This document shows positions 27,189-40,313 of a stretch of 64,000 bases of DNA, piece after piece. The stretch is from Chlorokybus atmophyticus (lineage: Eukaryota > Plantae > Mesostigma and Chlorokybus algae). The stretch covers positions 248,001 through 312,000 of the forward strand of contig RHPI01001132.1 of assembly GCA_009103225.1 (NCBI GenBank), given 5' to 3'. Numbering within the stretch: the stretch's first letter is position 1; each line of letters starts with the position of its first letter. The notes under the pieces were generated by a model that was not told the origin of the DNA, did no database searches, and was given only the letters and a program-made list of their open reading frames with translations. Position numbers and translations under genes: made by a program.

Positions 27189-29358
27189 TACTATGATATG
27201 CCACCATCGTCATGTCAAGTCGTTAGCACTGAAGGTGGTTGTTGAAAACGTTCGTGTTTGTTGTTAGACATCACGCGTCACACACCAGGTTGGTTTGGTG
27301 ACCAGTCAACAAGTGTCTCGTTGACTGGTCTTGCTGAATGTTGGCTTACCGGCCGACATTGCCATGATGGCTTCCTTACAAGTGCTACATTTTTGGTGCA
27401 CATGGATGGTTACTGGTTGGGTATGATACCAGCTCCTGTCTCATTTTGTTCAGTGGAACCAGAAACCGCATGCGCAATACTATGCTGGGATGAGACCATC
27501 ATGTTTGCAAACCGTTCCATTCGGAGTTTCAACTCTTGTACATCTACAGCTGTGTAGAGCGTGACGAATCCAAGGTTTGTAACACTGTGCTGGTTGATTG
27601 ATTTGCTGATTGCGGTGTCGTTGTGTTGTACGTGTCCGCTACACGCCTCAAATGAGTCTGTGTCCTTCATGATCCATGATTGTCGTGTATTGATTACCAT
27701 TCTCGTTGTGGATGACAAACTCTCACGGTAGACGTCTGCAATGGGTGCTAGTGCCTTAACAGCTCTAGTCAACCATTGCAAAGTTGTTGAGAGACTTGTG
27801 ATGTATGCTGCTGCGATGACCCAGGGCTTAGGTGGGGTCTTGTGCAATATTCATGTCATGTACAAATGTGGCAATTTCTCAAACTGTCTAAACGCCAAAT
27901 GCATGTTGAAATCGCTGTGTCATGGTATGATGATGTCAAACTTATTGCGGAGGGTGTAACATGTTGGTGCTGCACTGTTAACTAGCATGTAAGTGGGATT
28001 GAGCAATTGCAATGGTTTTACATATAATTGTCATAGATGTAGTGTTTGCACACAATCGGAAAGACTCTCACGCATTCATCCACTTGGGTTAGCACAAATA
28101 GTTGCAAGCAAATATGCAATGTGTACAGCTCCCTACCTATAATTTCAAAAATGCGGTTGTGTGCTCGTGTTGAGGTGTGGCAGTTTGACTCCGTGTTCAT
28201 CTATATTTCCATAAATGATGGTTACCCAGGCTTGCAACACGTCTTGCAAACCTAATTTGCGTAGGTGTTTGTCAGCAAACATTCCAACTATTAGTAACAA
28301 GCTTTACTTTCGGCTACATTGTATGCTATGTCTGGTATGATCGAAATTCGGATGAAATGACACATGCTAACAATGCGGAAGTGGCAGCAGACGCAATAAT
28401 GCTGTATCAGTCACATGTGGTAAATCTCCAGGCACATAGTTAAAATATGTGCCCAAACACTGACAATAAGTGAGAATGCATTCATTATATTGTACTACCG
28501 TACCTTTCGTGTTAGACAATATTTAAAGAATTGCTTAGCGCTCTCTCCAAGCTTTTGATGCAGCGCCACACCGCTCTGAGTGTTCGCCCGCCATTTCATG
28601 GCTGCCGAAACACCGGCAGCAGGTGCTCTTTTAACTCGTCCATGTGAATACTCGCTGAAGTGGGATGTTATCTACAGCCGTGCTTTCAAAACCGGTAGCG
28701 CACAAATACTCTTAACGCTCCTATTGGTTGCTATCTGCTGTGAAAGGCCAAGGATTTGGATAGTATCATTCCTATATTATAATTCGCTAGCAGTGTGCCG
28801 AAGCGATTCGTAACTCGACTAGTGTCCTTGTTTGCAATAAGAACAACATGCGAGTGAGGTTACATTATGGTGCGTGTAATCTATCGCGTCATAAGTGTCT
28901 GCTTTGGGGCAATTTTATAAATACAAAAATCTTCTAGGATGACATGCACGTTATAAACAACTGCGAAAGGTGGGTATACTTATAAGACCTTGATTATAAT
29001 TGTTAATTCTTACAAGCAAAAGCTATTGGTGTGTATGCAAAAGTTTTTTAAGTATAGTACTTCATTTCATACATTGCAATTTGCTGATACATATCTTGCA
29101 TTAATGATGCAAGCTTATCAAGCTGTGTATACTCGAGTGTCTATTAGCGACTTGAACTCGAGTATAATTAATTGCGCCGCACGGTTACTTGATATCAATT
29201 GTAGGGTTGTATCAATAATCGTGCGGATAATCATTTACTTATGTATCAAATAACATAATGGCTTGTTTCATAGCATAACAATAGTGTCCATTGCTGTGAT
29301 TATTATGAACGAAATAGTACAAGGGTTGATGTCACTGAGGGCAAAAATAAATAAATAA

Positions 29359-29361
<3 letters not shown>

Positions 29362-29397
<36 letters not shown>
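29362..29397. repeat. (AT)n microsatellite
   Basis: About 18 AT units, located within the AT-rich island. Confidence 0.9.
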
Positions 29398-29401
<4 letters not shown>

Positions 29402-32400
29402 CAAGTGCACAACTAGTTTGTCATCAGACACAAACGGAGCATTCCGATGCACTTTGGAATGAACATTCATGACACTGTCATTGCATTCTGTATACATGCT
29501 CATTGGCAGTGTCATCGTTTTGCATGTCTGGCTTAAATACAGCAGTTGCAACCGATAAGAACTTCTTGCGCATGTAGCCTATCTGAGGTGACGTGTCATG
29601 TTAGCAGCGGGAGGCAATTTACGGCTCTGCAATCCACCAAAATTGGTAAGTTATCGTGAGGTTATTGAATTGACACTAAAAATCAATAGCAATGTGAAAA
29701 CTGCAGCTGCAACTATGAACATGCGAATGAAATAGTGGCGGATATGTCTTGTTTAAATGGAATCATCCATAATGACATTTTGTTTAGCCCAGGAGCAGAG
29801 TCTCGTAGTATTCGACTCTACTCATCATTTTGCCAAGGAAAGGCGCCTCAACAAGAAGACCCAATGATGGTGTTCATAGTCAACCACATTGTAGCTTGCA
29901 AATTGAGGCAACTGCAAGTCGAGGATGTGCAGACCGCGCTTAGGGGTGTGGTGTTATTGGGCTAGTCAGGGAGCGGCTAGGCTTGCCGAGCACAGCTCCC
30001 TGCTTGCTACATAGCTCCACACGCAGTTAGCATTGGATGACTACACAAGTTTGAACATGATATCGATGGTAAAACAATACTAGTGTTGTTGAATATGGTA
30101 TAATGATAGCAAATCACCGTTTACCATTAACATGGTAAACGATGAGTCGCTGTCACCAGAAATCACATGCGGCTAATTAGCTAGTTACACAACAATAAAT
30201 GATGCGATGCAATGTGATTGAGGATTGAAGTGACATGCTCGTGCTTACCACCCGTCATTATCATGATGGATTGAATTCAGGCTAACGCAAACTCGTATTA
30301 TATTGCAGGCCGCGACTATCGCAACATCCGCAAAGTGGCGTACATTGCCTTCACTGCTGTAGCCCTCATACAATCGTCATTGATTTTCACTACAATCAGT
30401 GGGCTCAATATGGTTTTAATGTCGCGAGACGCTTGATCCAACTCGCCGACAGTGTAACATTGGCGCATTAATCAATAGGCTACGTTAGCAAAAGTCGCCG
30501 TGTGCATATGGGGAGCCACACGCCATTTATCCATGTCGCATAACTACGGTATGGCAATCTGGCGCGGGAGTTAACATTAACAGTTTGTAAATCAACGTTA
30601 TCATCAACATCATGTTAATTTACTATCAACATCATTACCTGCAGGCCACAATGAGTGATGCGATGCAATGTGATGGAGGATGGAAAATGACATGCATGCA
30701 ATGAGCAAATGCTCGTGGTTGACGCCCATCATCATGCATGATGGGTTTAAAGTCATACTGACGCATTGCGATTGCGGCAATCGCAGTCGCAAGTGAGAGA
30801 TTGCAAGCTGCGGCTGTCATGTCACCGGTACCCGCGGCGTGGCACACATCGCCTTCACCGCCGTATTGCGGTCTCAATGTTGCCAGACGCTTGATATATA
30901 GCTAATTATCTCGCCGATGGTCTGACGCGCGAGCTGTGGGACCTCGTTCAGCCCTAGGAAAGGCTCGCTCTGCTGGAAGCTTTACTGTCGGTGCTAATGG
31001 CAAATTACCATAAACATCGAGTTCAACTGTTCGCAAGACTTTGACAATAGTTGATGGACTTTATAACATGAACTTGATTATCAATAATTGCAACGACCAT
31101 ATGTTAATAATATAGGGATGCTAATAGCCGCCTAAAAATGTCACATTATATGCTATTGTAAAGGTTATGAATGACACAAGCGGATGCACAATGATATAAG
31201 AAGCACAAAGGTGACGACAAAGACAAACATTTACCATGCGTGTGAGTTGTCTCAGATCATTAATTGCGCATCAAATATGCATGATTGTGGGTTGGTTGTG
31301 TCGCATGTGCTATAATATTCATCATACAATATAGTTGTACTATATATATTGCTGTGCAACACATTACTGATGTTGATGGCATGCTTGTTGTATGGCGTCA
31401 TATATGAGACACGATTTTGATCGTCATGTTTTCTTCGAGTGGTTTTTAGCTCTGCCCCTATGTGCAAGGATAACGAACCAATTAACTGCTACATGCAACT
31501 TGGTTGAAACATCATGCCCTTCTTTAATATAGCGATCAACGCAGTAGCTGCAAACCGTACGCAAGCTTAAACATCATGCATTTTTCATTGGCGGAGCAGG
31601 TGGGAGGAATGCATGGTGTTCAGCGCAAATGTTTGTGTTTCAAATCAATTAAATCAAACTTAGCAGATGGGAGTATGCAATACAATCACATTCTTTGAAG
31701 TCCATGTGCAGCACTGCGTCAACCTTTAACTTCATCAAACAACCATGAGACCGTATTACGCTGAGACGTTTTTGCACAGCAAGTCGAGAAACATGCGCAC
31801 AAACGTGATGCTGTATAATTGTAAGATAAGTTGTTCAGCATATGTGCACATGAATTCCCGCAGGCATTCCTCATTTTGCGAATCTGCTTATGTCTCAGAG
31901 CATGCGTGACTTCATCGCGGAGCCATGAGTAAGAGACTTGCCTTTTTATTACATGCTAAACTTTAATATATAATCGTTGAAGTTCAACATTTTATATGTA
32001 CTCTTTGATACTAAATGCGCTTGGAGTATGTATACATGTAGTTAGCAATGATCATGATATTTATATTCATGTACATAACGAATCTAGCAATTGTCATCGG
32101 ATGTTGTATCTCCCTCCCCTCCATTTCGCACTCTCTCGCAGATCGGATGTAGCGGATTCCCATTCATAAATGCAAGCATCAAACATTATCCAAGTCATGT
32201 GCTGCTTGAGCAATCGTCCATTCTTGACAATTTGCAACTTGCGAGCTGGCGGGAATTTGTGAACTGTAAAGTAAAGTTCAAGAGTCCTGACTGCCGACGG
32301 CAACCACCATGAGGACGACCAGCGCATGGCCCACCACCGCAACAAGGGTGATGATGTCATCAATGACGCATCACACGCGTCGGCGTCCTGTACCGTACCA

Positions 32401-33148
32401 ACAACACGGCACGACGCAACCCAACGCCGATCGACAATGCGATGCGGCGATTGAGGGCAATACAATGCAACGACGCATGGCAGTTAACCTCTCCCGCTGA
32501 CCCGTGTTGAGCGCTAACCGAGACTCGGATCGGTTCGGAGTAGAGCCTTTTCAAGCAGCCGCCAGCCTGTCATAAAATAATATCGAGCCTCCATGCTCGA
32601 TATTATAAACAAGGCAGTTACTCACCTGTTAACTGGGAACCAGTTAACTGGGTCCACGCAAGGGCTGCAATCCCATTTCTGCGCGTTGAGATTGTCTGGA
32701 ATTAAACATGGGACGCAAGCAAACTGTTTCAACGCACGTAGGATTGCCTGTCTTGTTTCGGGGATAGCAATAGAAGCCATGTGCAGAGTTTGAATACTGG
32801 CATGGACAGAGGCTTTTGGGGTTTTGTAAATGGCCACTGGCAAGAATGCCAGTAACAGCAAAATTGGCATACGCGGCGGTGAAGGCAGGGGCGGCGGCAG
32901 CGGTGGCGGCGGCGGTGGTCTGGGCGGTGACTTTCGCGTTCAGCTCGTCGTTTGGCGTCGCTGTCTGTTGTGGCCGGGCTCTTGCTGGATGCCGGTTCTG
33001 ACGCTTTTAAGCGAGAGGTTGGTCTGGAAGGGGGCAGGCGGTCCGCTGGTCGCCAGCTGTCGTTAAGCCTGGGCACCAAACCGTCGTTAGGCTGGAGGTG
33101 CTTGTCGTTGAGCTGTTTGTCCTTGGCCTGGCGGCTCTGTGGGCTCCG

Positions 33149-35067
33149 ATGGGGGTGGAAACTCGTAGTGCGAAGCGCATGCGCCTGAGAGTTGAGGCGG
33201 CCCATGAAGCGGCTGCCAGCAATTCCAGCAGCGCTGCTGCTGGATGTGGCTTTCTAGGGTTGCCTGTTGAGCTACAGGAGGCTGTGGCTCTATCGCTAAA
33301 GGTGAGCGGTTTGTGTTACGTGTGCATATGGTTGCTTTCTGGTTGCCAGTTAAGCGGGAGTGAAGCGTAACATCACTCTCAAACGGACAATGTGTCGCCC
33401 TTCAGGCAATTGGTGTGTATAGAGTAAGGCGCTTGGCTGTTGGTGCCTAGACCGTCCTGTCGCTACCCTTCTGTTGTGCTTTCGCATCAGCTGGGTCGTA
33501 CTGTCAAGTTGATGTAAAGCATTGCTGAGCAATCAGTTTCACTCAGCAGTTTGACCCAAGCAGTTGCGACGGGTAGAATTGTTGTAGTGTTTGGTAACCA
33601 ACCAAACCAACTAAACGGTCTGCCTTTCCTTCTTGGTGCAGGATGCAAGGGATCTAGTAAAACTCCGGTTCTCTTGTCGTCACCTGTGGGCTAGCTTGGA
33701 CACTTCAAGCGTTCTTGCACAGGTTAGGGTTGATGACCTGAACCTCTCACCCCATGACTGGCGGCGTGGAGCTGTTAACTTTTTGCGCGAGGCCTCTGCT
33801 GCAGGCAACATCCCCGCGGCATATCTGTATGGCATGGTAAGCCTTTGTCAAATGCAGTGTGAATGGTTTACAGGCTGATAGATCAGCTGTTTGCGGTTGA
33901 AGCTGATGGTGATGAGCCAGAGTGTGGCTGGTAGCTGATTTCCTTCCAATCTTGTGCTTCAGGGCCGTTTCTACCATGATGGCAACCCAGACGGTGTGGA
34001 GCACATTCAAGTTGCTGCAAGTGCAGATTACACTCCTGCACTGTTCTCTCTTGGGGTCATCCTGGCCAAAGCAGCACGAGAGACTCCGGCAGATTCACGC
34101 CTCAAGCGCGATGTGGCGTTGGCGGCAGAGCTTTGGGGTCGAGGAGCAGCACTTGGTGACGTTCCGTGCATGGTCGAGTATGCATACTGCCTTGAACGCG
34201 GCCTAGGTGTACAACGGCAGGTGCAGCACGCACAGGTGAGTTCATAGCAAAGGGTTTGCATCATCTAGTTGCAGTCGCAGCTGGCAGCGGCACTGCAGAA
34301 AAGCTTGGCTGATTGGCCGCAGCTGTTCTATGCGCAGTAAGCCAGTGGAGGCCATGCTGTGTGCTGTGTGCAACGGCTGCACCGGGTGCCTGCACCGCAG
34401 CACAGCTCTGCAAGCTTTTGCTGCAACTGGTGCAGCCATGGCTGTGCTTCGCATTTGTACTTTCAGCAGTCAATGATATGTCAGTTCTGCTATCAAATCC
34501 GGCCATGAGGCAATCCAAGTGTGCTCCCTTGGCTCAAATAGCACACCTGGGCTGCACTCTGGCTGAGGTGCATAACTACTTCTGAGCATAGCCTGACTTT
34601 GTCCTGCGTGTTCAGGAATTGTTGTCAAAAGTACGCGCAGCACGCCGTGCTCAGCCTCCACACGGTCTTTGCCCTGAGCTAGTGGAGCGCCAAACAATGG
34701 TGAGTACCCTACTACGGGGGGACCATCCAGACAAACCAGCGGCTGGTGAACCCGATGGATTAGTGCAGGATGGCGGTTCCCCCGCTCATCAGGAACCTAC
34801 AAGTAGCACTTCTTCGGATGGGCGGCATGAGTGTGAGAACAAGTGTGGACGCCGGCGGATTCCCGGCATCGTTTCTATGAATGTTTGCGAAGGCTGCCGC
34901 GAAGCTAGGGTGAGCATCCTTATTGATTCTGATGCTACCATGGGTGGCTTGGTGTTTTAATATGTGTTGGCTGATGTATAATTGTGTCTTTGCAGTATTG
35001 CAGCAGGTATTGCCAGCTATGCGATTGGCGAGCTGGTCACAGGGATGAATGCTGGTTTCTTCTATAG
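33149..35067 (+). CDS. F-box / Sel1-like repeat / MYND zinc-finger protein (plant At1g67340/At5g50450-like architecture)
   Basis: Exons are 33149-33301, 33642-33836, 33963-34235, 34616-34909 and 34996-35067. Motifs are the F-box FLGLPVELQEAVALSLK..LRFSCRHL, the Sel1-like ASAAGNIPAAYLYGM and AALGDVPCMVEYAYCLERGLGV, and the MYND CENKC...CEGCREARYCSRYCQLCDWRAGHRDEC. Confidence 0.85.
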
Positions 35068-37741
35068 CACACACCTTGCGGCGTGCAGCTGGTGCAGATG
35101 GTATTGGTCGAGCATCATGAGTTGACATTGGAGAGGCATCCAGTACCACTCCTGCAGGTCCAGCCCGATCTTGTGCATATACTATTAGGCGTCAGTTCTG
35201 TGACATATAGCTAATAGCAGCAATCAGGTCTGCATGCACTGCTGTTGTGTGAGGCTGTTGTAAGTATGATGCGGCTGGTTGCCGGGTGTGATGTTGACTC
35301 AGGCAATTACGCTTAGTGCTGTTGCTATCAGTCAGTGAGTCAGGCTTTTGGTGATTGCGAGACCTTACATTCCAGCTCAGGAATTTCTGCTGCACAGCAA
35401 GGGTGTTATGGTCATCCACCATTGGGTGTTCCTGCCAGTGTTGCTAAGCAATCGGGTTGAGCGAGAAGCTGAGAAGCTCGCCGATGGGCTATGGGTAGAA
35501 CTCTGTACACATTCAGCACTGGTTCTTGTTTTATGATTGCAAATATTCAGAACTTGCAGAAGATGTATTGAGCCTGCTTGGTGCTGGAGCTCGCACCACT
35601 TGATGTATAGATGTCTTGTCACTGTGGTGTCATGCACTGCAAATTCAAGGTTGGCACGCGGGATTTGTTTGCGATGTCATGACGCACGGGCTTTCCAGTG
35701 CTGTTGATGCAGTCGAAAGAGTACCCCAAGCAAAGCACACCAAGCACAAGCACACTTATTGCAAGCAACAGAGTGCAAGACAGCCTGAATTATTGCCGAT
35801 TTCAACCTTTCGTGTGCATGCGCAATTTTATAGAAACGGCCGTTCCCCCCGCCTGTGCACATCGCGATAGGTGGGGGACCGGCTTTCTGTTGGGTGCTTT
35901 GTGCACATGAAAGGTTGCAATCGGCAATAAGCACATGGCAGGAGTAAGGACTATATCTATGTAAAGCAAAAAGATGCAACAAAAGGCAAATAAGCAGTCA
36001 GGTCCAGCGGAATATCATCATTAAACTTAGCATCAGATTTTGGGGGGGGGGGGGCCTAGTGCATCGCTAGATACTAAGACTCTAGGACCTTACAACTCAG
36101 CCACAACCACGGGGCAGGGTGGGGTAGGAGGCAATGCAGCAAGGAGGGGAGGCAACCACTTGCGCAGCAGTGGGAGAAGCGTCAGGCAGGCCTAGTCCCA
36201 CAGCAGCATCCACAGTAGCCTTCATGACGACCACTGCGACAAGCTATTGGGCCCCGCCGCCATCGCACGTCCGCACCCTATGTGCATGGACGTGAACCTG
36301 GACCCTTGCACGTTGTTTGCTTTATATGTGAGTTGTTGTAAAAGCAAAGAAACGAGCGGGCTTGCCGTTGCTGCTGAACCTTGCTACTGCTGCCAATCAA
36401 CGCTAGCTGCCTGTGCCTGCTCAAGCTGCTTGTGAGTTTGTGACCGTATCAGTGTGCATTGCTTAGCATTCATCGCGTGCTTTTATTGTGCAGAGTTTGG
36501 TTTGTTTGTCTTGAACTTGCCACTGCTCCCTGGCCCATCCCTCAGCACCTGCGCCCAAGTTACTGTTTGCTTGCCTACCTTGTGTGCATAACATTGTGCT
36601 GCTTATGGAGGGCGACTCTTGGATCTTCACATCAGGAGCTTGCAACTTCTCTCTCTGAATACAATCATAAACGGTCGACAACGTCTCAGAGCCACAACGC
36701 TGACCAAGCAGCACAAGCCCAGAATCACAGCAACGCACATAATGATAATAACTCAATCATGCACGGTAGCATGCGGCATGGATACATAGTACTTGCCTGG
36801 ACGCTGTAACACTGTACAAAAGATGCAAGAGGGAATACATACATGCAAACCTATGTGCACATGCAATGTGACTAACGCCACAAACACTCACCAAACTTGA
36901 CCATCTTGACAAAAAGGCGCCTGCATGTGAAGAGAGGCGCCTACATGTTACCTAGTGACTACCTCTCAGCCTACCATTACTGCCCCCCGGTTAGACATGC
37001 ATGGCAAATTGCAGTCACCTGCACATGCGCCTTGGTCAGCGGCCTTGTTGCAGCAGCAGCCAACAGCAGCAACAGGACGTGGACTCCCCCTCCCTCCCCC
37101 TCTCTCTCGCCCACACCCTCCTCCCCTCGTATCGTCTACGCTGCCGCTGGCAACCATAGTTAAGGTGCCGCGCAGCATGCATCGGTAGGACCTGTCGCCA
37201 ACTGCGTGCGTGCAGGCACATCATCGCTGTGTAACAGAGCGTATGTGGAGCATGCATCAGCATAGGCCTCACGCCAAGAGCACCGCCACGTCTGTCAGAG
37301 TAGTCATGGGGGTGGGTTGCAAATTGTTATGTCCCGCGGTACAAATGTGCACCATCTGAAGTCGACCTGGGTAAGATAATCGTTCTCATCATTGGTGGCA
37401 AGTCGTTATCGGCACTCGGCACTTTGAAGGTATTGTACATTACCGCAAGTCCACGGCATCAAGTATCTGAATAGATGATTTGGAGTGACCTAGGTTGGCA
37501 GGTTGACTTAAACACTTGAACCGGCAACCATATGATGAACCCCACCCCTTTACAAGACTTGGTCAATAATGTATCGTACGAAGAGTTCTTTGCTGTGCGC
37601 ATGATCTGCAAGGCAAGCAATGCAATGAGCGCAAATGATACACAATCATACTTGTAAGTATATATACAGTGTTTAAGTAGTTGACACTGCGCTAATTGAG
37701 CTTACTACTATATCAATGTCAGCGAGACACAACCGAGACCG

Positions 37742-40313
37742 CTATCTTGATATCGCTGCATCTCGCTGCGCGGTCAAAAAATGCCGCATGCTGGTTTGTT
37801 GCGGACGCACAATTGGCCGCAAGACGTACATGTGCGAGAGTCTAGAATGCAGTTTGCGAAGTGCCAGCTGCTCCTCTGCACTGAAAGCAGTCCCATTGTG
37901 GGCAATGAATGCGTCCAAGCCATCCGCAAAGCGCACCGCATCCGTTATTGACGTCTGAGGCGGCTCTTGCTCATCGGCATCTGCAGTCCAGCGTGTGTTG
38001 ATAAGCATGCACACGCTCTGATGACTACCTACTCTCACGAACAACAAAACTGCCACGTTTACGCACCATCTGCTTGTTGGGAGGTGGTTGCTTCAGTCTT
38101 GACCTGTATTGTGTCCTGCACTTCAGTGGGCAGGTCATCATCTGCATGAACATACTGCTGAATGGTCATGGACACGTCGGCAATCTGCAGAGGTGGCAGT
38201 CGCTTCATCATAAAGTCCAAGTCCCGAATTGTTGCATCCTGCACGTAAGAACACAACCGATCAGCAAAAGCAGCATGCAGAGTTTGCTCGCGACAGCTAG
38301 CACTGCACTGCACTGCACTGCAAGGGTAGTAGATGGCTTGCAAACCTGAATGGGAGAAGCAGCTGCCACCTGCTGCTCACGCTTTGTGGGCCTATTAGGA
38401 ACCCACGTCTTGGGCAACACGCCAGCCTTACGCCAAGCCTCGCGCACAGCATTGACTGGAATGTCTTCCCAAGCTTCTCTACTCCACAGCACCGCATCCC
38501 GAACGCTTGGAAGGGAGACTGATGCAGGCTGAATGTTGTTGCTTGATGATGTTGATGCTGCTGCCTGGCCTCCGCGCTGACCACTTGCTTGAATGGCTTC
38601 GTACACACGCAGGATGCGTGCCAGCAACTTGCCCTTGTAGCTGCGTATGAACACAAAACATGAACACAGCAACAGATGTTACAATTCTTGCTTGTGTCAT
38701 CTCAACCGTAAATCCACTTACAGTGCCTTGAAGGTGGTGATCAGACCATTGTCCATGGGTAGTGGGATGCTGGAACATGACGAAGAGGTTGGTGTTGACG
38801 TTGCGCTTGGGGACGTGGCTGTTCTCAGAGTGGTCGGGGGTTGGAGGAGCAAGCACGTGAGGTTGGAGAGCTCAAACCCACCAAAGCTGGCAATGTGTAT
38901 TTCACTTGCCATGTCGCACGCATACACGGGAGAAAAATCCATCAGCACCACCGCATGGCGCCCGGCCTTCGTCATGTCCTCATTGAATGCCAGTATCCAC
39001 CTACTAAACATCTGTCCGAGGGTATACACATTAGCCTTAACCAACAGAAGAGTTGACTCATGAGAATATCGTGCACATAAGAGCAACCCTTTTCCATCTC
39101 CACTTGCCTCTTTGGTAAGCAGTGGAAAAGTGTCGTCACTCCCCTCATACTGAACATCAACTTGGCTCGGGTCCCATGAAATCTTGTTGCTATTGTTAAT
39201 GATCAGACCACGCTTCGAGCGCCCGACAAACAGAAGGGGGCGTTTGTCTGTCCCAGAGGCATTGACACAGAACAGGATGGTACACCTCGCTGGTTGCTTG
39301 GTTTCGCCATCATCAACTGTGCGGATGTCATTCGGGCCTGCGCGATAGAACAGCACAGTCTTGCCAATGCTGTACGTGTCGTCGGGCGTGTACTTCTCAT
39401 CCAACACGGAGGCGAGTTCAATGGACTGCATGGCTCGCAGCCGCCGCTGATGAATCTCATCGTCAACCGGGGCGATGTCCATGCTTTCAATTCCTCCTGC
39501 TTCAATGGCGACAGCTTCAAGGGGGGCATGGTTGTTGGTAACGTTGTTGGCATGGGGCGTGTGGGCGTCAACGAGCTCTGCATGCTCAGCGGGCTGTGCG
39601 ATCGAGGACGGGGCGGGCAACGCTAGCATTGCTGCCGAAGACAACGGCGATGACGATGATGTGGACACCTTTGAGCTAATGCCTCGCCTCAGCTTGAAGC
39701 CATGCAGCCATCCTTTGGACACTTTGAATGAAGCTGGCAGGCCCATCTTCTCGGCAAGCTTGACGGCCTGCTCGATGACCATTGCATCCGAGATGTTGTT
39801 GTTGGCACCTTTGGTACTATTGTGAGCGCCAGCAACGCCATTCTCATTGACGCCATCAATACCATTGGCAGCGCCGTTGTTGCGCCTGACTCTGATCCAC
39901 CAGAGGTAGAGCGCCTCCTCCAGCTGGGGGTAGTGAGGAGGGCGGAGCTTCTTGACATGCTCGAGCCTGCCGCCGCCCACCTGGACGACATGCTCAAGGA
40001 CCTGATCCCTCGTCTTGAGCAGTTTGGACAGGGAGGACTGCCTCACCGTCAGGCCGAGCTTTTCCTTCACTATGGCCAGCAGATCCGCCTGCTTCAGCTT
40101 GCTATTCAGCGCACTGTGCTTCGCCCACAAGTCCAGAATCCTCTTCTTGTCGCCCAGACTCAGCACATTGCGCTTGCACCCAATCTTTTGCTGCTGAACC
40201 TGCTGCTCCGCCTGCTGCTCCTGCCGTTCAAGCTGCTGCTGCACCTGCTGAAGCTGCTGAAGCTGCTGTTGCTGCTGCTGCTGCTGCTCCACATTGCTAC
40301 TCTCCTCCATCAA
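37742..40313 (-). CDS. pogo/Tigger (CENP-B/JRK-like) transposase-derived gene with HTH_psq, Tc5-HTH and a degenerate DDE_1 domain
   Basis: A poly-Q N-terminus precedes KRNVLSLGDKKRIL, LRPPHYPQLEEALYLW, FKVSKGWLHGFKLRRGI, RCTILFCVNASGTDKRPLLFVGRSK, PMDNGLITTFKAL|YK, WEDIPVNAVREAWRKAG and the C-terminal QTSMRHFL. Introns are 38721-38641, 38345-38239 and one near 38065-37982. Confidence 0.85.

Noticed and set aside
36041-36420. G14 tract followed by a TATA-like segment, resembling a PPT plus solo LTR
   Set aside because: There is no TG immediately after the tract, no second copy, and no PBS, TSD or retroelement ORF visible.
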